A stretch of 11,766 bases of DNA. Source: Oligoflexia bacterium (GTDB lineage Bacteria > Bdellovibrionota > Bdellovibrionia > JABDDW01). The position numbers were made by a program, and so were the translations under genes. Within the stretch, counting starts at the first letter, position 1, and each line of letters begins with the position of its first letter. The stretch is taken from contig JAYTHU010000145.1 of NCBI GenBank assembly GCA_043732305.1, positions 1-11,766 of the forward strand, written 5' to 3'. The notes below the pieces were generated by a model. It did no database searches, had not been told where the DNA came from, and was given only the letters and a program-made list of their open reading frames with translations. Positions 1 through 5,871 of this stretch are shown in pieces.

Positions 1-110
1 GATCCGCGGCGCTCAACCCAAACGAGCAGTGGGACAGTGCTGATAATTGAAACAAAAATGACAGCAATTTTTATCGTGTTAATGAAAACTTCAATAAGCG
101 TCGATCCCAT
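1..110 (-). CDS. nuoH: NADH-quinone oxidoreductase subunit H, canonical copy, 5' end only (continues beyond the left edge)
   Basis: Not in the ORF track. Manual translation from the ATG at 110-108 gives MGSTLIEVFINTIKIAVIFVSIISTVPLLVWVERRG(S), a hydrophobic TM1 ending in the NuoH/ND1 'LVWxERR' motif. It starts 3 nt after the nuoA stop. Confidence 0.85.
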   Translation of the reverse strand, partial: MGSTLIEVFINTIKIAVIFVSIISTVPLLVWVERRG

Positions 111-113
111 GTC

Positions 114-482
114 TTAATCCCAATCCAATGCGTGTGATTTCCAAACGTAAAATAGGCCGAAAATCAAAATGAAAATGAAAGTGAGGGCTTCAATCAATAT
201 GAAAGGCCCAAACTTAAGGAGATCGGAATAAACCAAAGCCCATGGATAAAGAAAGATCACTTCAATATCAAATAAGATGAATAAAATGGCGGTGAGATAG
301 AATTTAACTGGCATTCGGGAAGTCTTATGATCTTCACCGATAACTCCACACTCATAAGGAAGTTGCTTTTCCGGAGTGGGATTTCTTTTTGGGCCGGCAA
401 TAAATGTCAGTGAAAGCATGACAATGACAAAGCCGATCACTACGACAGCCAAAACTAAGATGGGTAAAAGCTGATCTAGCAT
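114..482 (-). CDS. nuoA: NADH-quinone oxidoreductase subunit A (canonical), 122 aa
   Basis: All NuoA/ND3 hallmarks are present: KQLPYECG loop, 'KFYLTAILFILFDIEVIFLYPWA' and C-terminal 'YVWKSHALDWD'. Three TM segments. GGAG lies about 11 nt upstream, inside the end of the previous gene. Confidence 0.97.
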   Translation of the reverse strand: MLDQLLPILVLAVVVIGFVIVMLSLTFIAGPKRNPTPEKQLPYECGVIGEDHKTSRMPVKFYLTAILFILFDIEVIFLYPWALVYSDLLKFGPFILIEALTFIFILIFGLFYVWKSHALDWD

Positions 483-485
483 TTC

Positions 486-1928
486 TTAAAATTCTCCAAA
501 CAGGTGTCGAATCGTGTATGCCCCATATTTATATAAGGGCTGCCAAAATATTCCCATTAAAATAAGCACGGCAAATTGAATAGATGCAAAAAAACTTTCG
601 AACTTATGCGGTGAGCTTGAAGACTCTCCCTCGTCATTTGTTTTTTGAAAAGCTAAAACACTTAGACGAAGCGCGTAACAACCGGCCAGGAAAAAACTAA
701 CTGCCAAAACAGTGGTATATCCGGAATTAATGCATAGCGTTTTCTGAACGAGGCGACCAGTGTAGAATGGCGCATAACCAGCAAGAGCCCATAGCGATGA
801 TAAAAACATGACAGATAAAATCGAATTTTTTCTGCCTACTCCCATCCAATCTTTAACTTCATCATTAGGCTGCATATTCAAAGTTTTGAGAGTGAATCCC
901 ATGAGCCCCAAAGCCAATACTAAATTTGGGAGCGCTCCCATGGCGTAAGACATAATTTCTTTTTCACCAAAAGAAAGGGCGAAAATGATCTGCAGAACGG
1001 GCTCAACTGCAAAAATCAATAAACTGCGACGTAAATTTTTTGCCGCCAGGGCTAGGACCGGCGTCACAATCAGTCCGACACTTGCAACTATCCGGAGAGA
1101 AGTCAAAAGATGAACTCCGGCGAGCTCTTCCAGTTCTTTTGCTCCCATGGAAACCCGAGTAAAAATAAAAATTCCATCTTTGAGGAATATCTGAAGAGTG
1201 ACTATTAAGAATAGCGTCGTGAAAAATACTGACGCGGCCCAGTCCGATTTTTGTCGAGAGTTTCCGAACATTCCCCAGAAAGGTAGAAATCCACCGACGA
1301 GACTCGCCCCAATTAAAACAATCCATTGAACAAGTCCCACTTGATCTAAAGGATCTTTTGTACGACTAAGAAAAATTTGAATTTCGTCTAACTGAGTCTC
1401 CCCAAAGGCGAGTACACAGAATGCGACAACCAAGGTGGAAAGAATCAAGAAAATAAACCCTTTTCTAATCATGCCAATTGAGATCTGGGTTTTGAAAATC
1501 GACGGACTCTCATTGAGAAGAGCCGCTTGACTGGTTAAAATCATTCCTAAGATTGCAATCACCGTGAAGAAAATTCGGTTACTCTGTACCGCAAAATCCG
1601 CAAAGAAAACGGCGGCAAGAGTCAGAACGGTGACGTGAATAGAAATCTTGTAACGATCAGAGAATCTGCTCATCACGTAGAAATACGCGCAGATAAAAAT
1701 AAATAAGGACAGTGCCTGGGTCAGACTGTCGTTGAGAAGGCCACCATGCAAATAGACTAATGGGTTTGTGGCTTCAGAAAATATTTGTGCCAACAAACCA
1801 AAGAGAAGAGTGAGAAGCTGGGCAAACCAAATTGTACGAGGCTCTGGCTTTTCCATGCTGGTCGCATAGCTGACGAGGGAAATAACTCCAATAGCTAAGA
1901 TGACCAAAGGAAGAAGAAGAAAAAACAT
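486..1928 (-). CDS. Divergent NuoN-like (antiporter-like) membrane protein, 480 aa, lacking most conserved charged residues
   Basis: NuoN-typical length and hydrophobicity. Degenerate motifs occur in NuoN order: GGFLPFWGMF (~FKLSLVPFHxW), ALAAKNLRRSL (~ALxQxNIKRLLAYS), DWMGVGRKNS (~DxxGLxxxHP), LWALAGYAPFYTG (~SLAGIPPxxGF), CYALRL (~YYLR), MGIFWQPL (~LGIxPQPL). The start overlaps the upstream stop (TGATG at 1930-1926). Confidence 0.8.
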   Translation of the reverse strand: MFFLLLPLVILAIGVISLVSYATSMEKPEPRTIWFAQLLTLLFGLLAQIFSEATNPLVYLHGGLLNDSLTQALSLFIFICAYFYVMSRFSDRYKISIHVTVLTLAAVFFADFAVQSNRIFFTVIAILGMILTSQAALLNESPSIFKTQISIGMIRKGFIFLILSTLVVAFCVLAFGETQLDEIQIFLSRTKDPLDQVGLVQWIVLIGASLVGGFLPFWGMFGNSRQKSDWAASVFFTTLFLIVTLQIFLKDGIFIFTRVSMGAKELEELAGVHLLTSLRIVASVGLIVTPVLALAAKNLRRSLLIFAVEPVLQIIFALSFGEKEIMSYAMGALPNLVLALGLMGFTLKTLNMQPNDEVKDWMGVGRKNSILSVMFLSSLWALAGYAPFYTGRLVQKTLCINSGYTTVLAVSFFLAGCYALRLSVLAFQKTNDEGESSSSPHKFESFFASIQFAVLILMGIFWQPLYKYGAYTIRHLFGEF

Positions 1929-3031
1929 CAGAATTTCTCCCTTATAAAGTCAATGTTGATAGATGCTGCCCAAACGACGCTGATCACCAACATCAGTACG
2001 ACCAGCACTCCTTGCTGAATACTTATTTTTTTGTCCACCCAAGTTTTCCAAGGAAGCTTCCAAAGACTAACCCAAGAAAGAATTATGAAACCAAACCATA
2101 ATAAATTTGAGCCTTGGAGCTTCATTACATCTTGCAGATAGACAAAGCCGAGAATAGGGATGGATAAGAGAATCGCAGGCCCCGCGAATATTAGAAGTCG
2201 AGATAAAATCTGATCATTTCTCTTTCGCGCGGAAATGAGTGCCCAAGCGGCAAGTTGGGACGCAATGATAACTTCAAAACCTTGTTTTTTACTGAACGTC
2301 GCACTCCAAAGAAGAAAACAATTGAGGCCGATATAGAACAGAATGAGTTTCTCTTCACTTTTTTTGTGAAATATCGCAGCCGCCGCGGAGATGCACGAAA
2401 TGCCAATTAGAACGTAGCCAAAAAGATAAAAAATTGAACTTTGTGATGAGATTTGTGGGAGAAAATAATGGCCGTATATGTAAGAAGAAAATCCCATCAA
2501 AATAAATCGTAAAGCCGAGAAGTAGGTGTTTGAAGTCTCACTGCCGTTTTCTCGTCGCAAAATAAATATTTCGGAAACTGCGATCGATAAAAGCGAAATT
2601 AGATCTAACGTCATGACTGTTTCGGCGGAAAGACCAGGAATACATTCAATCACTATTAAATTTGCAAAAAACAGAGTTGAAATCCAAGGAGTTCTAAAAA
2701 ACGTACGCCCATTCCACGGAGATGTATCGCTTTCGAAAAAAATATTTAAGGCGAACAAAGTCCCAGCAATACCAAGAAAAAATCTTTCTTTACCGCTTTC
2801 ATTGATCGTCATAAAGAAAAGGCCTGAAAAAATAATATAAAAAACCGTATTTTTAATATTCGAGAGTATTTGGAATTTCTCATCAAAAAACACCACGCCA
2901 GCTAGAGCGATAAAAGCACACAAAGAAAGATTAAGCTGTGTCGTAGTGGTGGATAGTTTTTCGTAAGATGCAAACCAGAACAAACTTAGGAAAAGGAAAA
3001 TATAGAGGCCGCGCATGCGCATTGTATTCAT
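1928..3031 (-). CDS. Multi-TM membrane protein, 367 aa; probable shortened, very divergent NuoL/NuoM-like subunit
   Basis: About 11-12 hydrophobic segments. It occupies the nuoL/M position between nuoK' and nuoN'. 'IGISCISAAAAIFHKKSEEKLILFYIGLNCFLLW' weakly resembles 'GxxTAxxAAxxALxQxDIKRVLAYSTxSQLGYM'. ATGA overlap with the upstream gene at 3031-3028. The assignment rests mostly on synteny. Confidence 0.5.
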   Translation of the reverse strand: MNTMRMRGLYIFLFLSLFWFASYEKLSTTTTQLNLSLCAFIALAGVVFFDEKFQILSNIKNTVFYIIFSGLFFMTINESGKERFFLGIAGTLFALNIFFESDTSPWNGRTFFRTPWISTLFFANLIVIECIPGLSAETVMTLDLISLLSIAVSEIFILRRENGSETSNTYFSALRFILMGFSSYIYGHYFLPQISSQSSIFYLFGYVLIGISCISAAAAIFHKKSEEKLILFYIGLNCFLLWSATFSKKQGFEVIIASQLAAWALISARKRNDQILSRLLIFAGPAILLSIPILGFVYLQDVMKLQGSNLLWFGFIILSWVSLWKLPWKTWVDKKISIQQGVLVVLMLVISVVWAASINIDFIREKF

Positions 3032-3297
3032 TCTTGGTCTCCAGAAAAATCAAGATCTTGCCGCATCGAAAGCCTTCTAATACTCACGACCATCGTGAGA
3101 AAAATTAAGCTCATGCCAAATGACATAAAAATCCAAGCGATATTGGTCAGAATATGCTTTTTTTGATTTAAAAGAATAAGGAGGAAAAAAACTGAGTCTA
3201 GTACCAACTTCATAGCTACGATCTGCACCAAAAAATTTTTGGCGGACCAGTAAAGAAACAAACCTATAAAAATTACCGCGAGTAGTATTGGGATCAT
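3028..3297 (-). CDS. Divergent NuoK-like small membrane protein, 89 aa
   Basis: Three TM segments. 'IFIGLFLYWSAKNFLVQIVAMKLVLDSV' aligns with NuoK 'FxIGLxGxLxRRNxLxMLxxxELMLNAx'. The tail 'RRLSMRQDLD' is NuoK-like. ATGA overlaps at both ends. Confidence 0.75.
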   Translation of the reverse strand: MIPILLAVIFIGLFLYWSAKNFLVQIVAMKLVLDSVFFLLILLNQKKHILTNIAWIFMSFGMSLIFLTMVVSIRRLSMRQDLDFSGDQE

Positions 3298-3689
3298 GTT
3301 TCTTTCTCAAGCAAACTTGCAGCAATCACTAGCAATGTGGTCATGAAAACTCCAATGAGCCAGAGAGCTCCTTGAAATCTAGACATCATTAATTGTCCTA
3401 AGGATAAAAGATTCTCCGGTTCGAATTCAGTAATTTTTTCGAAGCCCCCGAAAACATAAATACTAAAGCCCGCCAAGGCTAAAAAGGGGATGCCCAACCA
3501 AAGTCTGGAAAATAGAATTCGATCGTCGGGCTTACGCACATACCAAAGAACGGCAGAAAAATAGACAATGCTTGTCGAGATAAAGAGCATAACTCCGGCC
3601 AACTTCTGCGCATGAAGGAAAACAACTCCGTCGAGAACATAAGTCAGCATTAAAAGTACGACGGCGCAAATCAGACTTTGTCTTTTCAT
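3294..3689 (-). CDS. Divergent, shortened NuoJ-like membrane protein, 131 aa
   Basis: About 4 TM segments. C-terminal 'SLGQLMMSRFQGALWLIGVFMTTLLVIAASLL' resembles NuoJ 'IGxxLFxxYxxPFExxSxLLLxAxxGAxxL'. Lies between nuoH' and nuoK' with ATGA overlaps. Confidence 0.65.
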   Translation of the reverse strand: MKRQSLICAVVLLMLTYVLDGVVFLHAQKLAGVMLFISTSIVYFSAVLWYVRKPDDRILFSRLWLGIPFLALAGFSIYVFGGFEKITEFEPENLLSLGQLMMSRFQGALWLIGVFMTTLLVIAASLLEKET

Positions 3690-4540
3690 CGCTTAGCTCC
3701 CACATAAACCAACGTCAACAAAAGAAGAAAAAGAACTAACGGTGCGGCTTCCCAAAGAATCAATTCTTCGGTCTGCTCTTCACGCAATTTAGAAAAAGTA
3801 GACAGTCCTAAAGTCGCCACGAGATTAAGCAAGAACACCTTCAAAATAACCGCGACTCCCCCACCACCTAGAAATGTTGTGACTAGAAATATAAGCCAAC
3901 TGCTTTTCCAAACATTGAGAAGAAGAATTTGCTCTTGTCCAAGTTTTAAATTTTGAGTTGAAGAGAAAACTTTTTGCTGAGTGACATAGTAGGTGGTGAT
4001 CAAAATTCCGCAAAAAATAAGAAGAGTGATAGGTCTTTGAAAAATTAACCAAGCACCTTTTTGTTGAAGCTCTTGAATCTTGGATATATCTGTTTCCCCG
4101 GTAATGAGAAAAAGATTGAGTGCAAATAACAAAAGAAGCATGAAAGCACCCATGGATCTTTCTTTAACTCTCTCAACAAATCCAGGAACTGCATCCCGCC
4201 GTAAAAAGAAATAGGCCACCGGCAATGCGGTCATCACAAAGGTGAAAACAAGAATCGATTGGTCGAGCGGAAAAAAGATTTTTCCTGAAAGACCAGGAAG
4301 CAGAGACGTCACCCAAATCAGGGGGAAAAATGCTCCGGCCATAGTTAAAATCTGGGAAATCGATCGCTCTCCGCGTATGAAAAATCGTAAATGCCCGAAG
4401 AATTTCTTTTGGAAACCTTTTCGAAGTTCAAACTTATAAGCAAACCATTCCTCCACGAGAAGATTAAGTTCGGTCACTAGAAATATTAATAAGGTAGCTT
4501 CGAAAAATGCGAGAATTCCATGAAACATATCTTGTAGCAT
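3686..4540 (-). CDS. Divergent NuoH-like membrane protein, ~284 aa
   Basis: 'ITGETDISKIQELQQKGAWLIFQRPITLLIF' matches NuoH 'GSxxLxxIVxxQxxxWxIxxQPxGFxIF'. TTFLGGG matches LFLGGW. 'FSKLREEQTEELILWEAAPLVL' matches 'LPRLRYDQLMxxGWKxLLPLxL'. I prefer the ATG at 4540-4538, which overlaps the upstream TGA (TGATG), over the TTG at 4543. Confidence 0.8.
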   Translation of the reverse strand: MLQDMFHGILAFFEATLLIFLVTELNLLVEEWFAYKFELRKGFQKKFFGHLRFFIRGERSISQILTMAGAFFPLIWVTSLLPGLSGKIFFPLDQSILVFTFVMTALPVAYFFLRRDAVPGFVERVKERSMGAFMLLLLFALNLFLITGETDISKIQELQQKGAWLIFQRPITLLIFCGILITTYYVTQQKVFSSTQNLKLGQEQILLLNVWKSSWLIFLVTTFLGGGGVAVILKVFLLNLVATLGLSTFSKLREEQTEELILWEAAPLVLFLLLLTLVYVGAKR

Positions 4541-4875
4541 CAAGGCTTCACCACCTTTTTGAAATACAGATATCCGATAAGAAATCCAAAGACAGGGAAA
4601 CTCAAAGAGAAATAAACAAAATTACCATGGCCTTGCTCTGCCAAAATCTTTGTGATTTGCGCTCCCACTACTACTGCGAATAACAGCGCCATAACCGCCA
4701 AGGGCATAATGTAAGAGAAAGAAATCACAATTTGATTTTTGTTTTTTTTCTCTGGCAAGGGAATTTTACGGTGATTATTTTTCATTTTAACCGAAGACGA
4801 ATAGAGCATTGTGACTGCCCAAGGGATAGCCACAAAACAAATAAGGAGCCCAATGATGAAACCCAGAAAAAACAT
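4540..4875 (-). CDS. Divergent NuoA-like 3-TM membrane protein, ~111 aa
   Basis: Start placed at ATG 4875, with AAGAGG about 10 nt upstream. TM1 - long polar loop - TM2 - TM3 layout as in NuoA. AVMALLFAVVV aligns without gaps to AILFILFDIEV of the canonical nuoA in this window. LIGYLYFKK aligns to IFGLFYVWK. Confidence 0.7.
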   Translation of the reverse strand: MFFLGFIIGLLICFVAIPWAVTMLYSSSVKMKNNHRKIPLPEKKNKNQIVISFSYIMPLAVMALLFAVVVGAQITKILAEQGHGNFVYFSLSFPVFGFLIGYLYFKKVVKP

Positions 4876-4876
4876 G

Positions 4877-4906
4877 TTGAAATCGCCTCTTATTAACACA
4901 TAGATT
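4877..4906 (+). promoter_or_regulatory. Candidate sigma70 promoter for gpsA-mfd
   Basis: TTGAAA (4877-4882), 18-nt spacer, TAGATT (4901-4906). Motif match only. Confidence 0.4.
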
Positions 4907-4915
4907 GATTCAGAC

Positions 4916-4945
4916 ATCATCGAATTTAGTCGGGCTTTTTGTCAA
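4916..4945 (-). promoter_or_regulatory. Candidate sigma70 promoter for the nuo'/nuo operon
   Basis: Perfect -35 TTGACA (4945-4940), 18-nt spacer, GATGAT (4921-4916; 4/6 match to TATAAT), about 40 nt upstream of the nuoA' ATG. Confidence 0.5.
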
Positions 4946-4953
4946 GGAGCGAC

Positions 4954-5871
4954 ATGGAAATAGTTATCATCGGCGCGGGGCAGTTCGGATCTGCACTGGC
5001 CAAACATTTCTTGAAAACCAACCACCAAGTGAATTTGCTTTCCGAGTCAACGCCTTGGCCAGCGGGCCTTTCAAAAAGACACGGCGTCGTTTTATCTGTG
5101 CCCACTCAGAAATTGCCGCTGCTTTTAGCACAACGCGCAAGTGATTTAAAAAATGCTTCGTTTATTATATCTACCGCCAAAGGTCTGCTGAGAGAATCAT
5201 CATTGAGCCCTTTGGAGTTTATTGCCAAAAAGCTTAAGACCCGTGGAAAATCGCCCGGTCTGGCGGTGCTTTCAGGGCCAAGCTTTGCTTCGGAAATTTT
5301 AGCGGGCCTGCCAACAGCATTGGTTATGTCGTCCCGTTCGCACGCACTCTCAACCAAACTCTGTGAAGAATTGGGTTCTTCGCAATTGAGACTTTATATC
5401 AATACGGATCCACTCGGCGTGGAATTGAGCGGGGCTTTCAAAAATGTCTACGCGATTTTAGCCGGAATGAGTGAAGGCCTAAAGTTGGGGGAGTCAGCCC
5501 GGACATCGTTGAACACTCGCGCTCTTTCCGAAATGGCACGAATTGTAAAAGCCTTAGGCGGAAAGCAACTTACAGTTTTTGGTCTTGCCGGAGCTGGAGA
5601 TTTATTTCTCACCTGCTCAAGTGATAAAAGTAGAAATTTTCGATTTGGAAAAACTTGGGCAAGCGCTGGCGGAAATCCTGAGGATGTTTTACAGACGATA
5701 GGAACCGTCGAAGGATTTTGGACAGCAGAGGTGGCATACAAATTATGCCGTAAAAAGAAAATACGCGCCCCGTTAATTGAAATCGTTTATCTTTTGTTAA
5801 ATAGAAAGATTACTCCCGAGAAAGCTTTTGAGAAACTAATGCATCGTGAAACTCGCGGGGAATTTGGATGA
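4954..5871 (+). CDS. gpsA: NAD(P)H-dependent glycerol-3-phosphate dehydrogenase, ~305 aa
   Basis: Rossmann motif IIGAGQFGSALA, plus STAKG, LSGPSFASE, catalytic GAFKNVYAI, GLAGAGDLFLTCSSDKSRNFRFG and TVEG. Start placed at ATG 4954, after RBS AAGGAG (4944-4949). Confidence 0.96.
   Translation: MEIVIIGAGQFGSALAKHFLKTNHQVNLLSESTPWPAGLSKRHGVVLSVPTQKLPLLLAQRASDLKNASFIISTAKGLLRESSLSPLEFIAKKLKTRGKSPGLAVLSGPSFASEILAGLPTALVMSSRSHALSTKLCEELGSSQLRLYINTDPLGVELSGAFKNVYAILAGMSEGLKLGESARTSLNTRALSEMARIVKALGGKQLTVFGLAGAGDLFLTCSSDKSRNFRFGKTWASAGGNPEDVLQTIGTVEGFWTAEVAYKLCRKKKIRAPLIEIVYLLLNRKITPEKAFEKLMHRETRGEFG

Noticed and set aside
1003..4439. Alternative-frame and antisense ORFs within the nuo-like cassette (1003..1326, 2191..2406, 2526..2840, 3077..3325, 3825..4052, 4242..4439)
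   Set aside because: They overlap the coupled membrane-protein genes fully or almost fully and show no recognisable motifs, so they are treated as shadow ORFs.
486..4875. Calling the divergent nuo cassette pseudogenes
   Set aside because: There are no internal stops or frameshifts in six ORFs, start/stop overlaps are exact at all five junctions, and an RBS and candidate promoter are present.
486..4875. Calling the cassette a standard Mrp antiporter or a hydrogenase-4/Ech membrane module
   Set aside because: It includes NuoA-like and NuoH-like genes in nuo order. No MrpE/F/G-like or hydrogenase/Fe-S subunit genes are visible, and the charged residues those systems need are also missing. A profile search should still test this.
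4876..4953. Longer starts from the ORF track (4920 for nuoA', 4939 for gpsA)
   Set aside because: The downstream ATGs at 4875 and 4954 have SD-like sequences and match the expected N-termini. The longer versions run into the predicted promoters.
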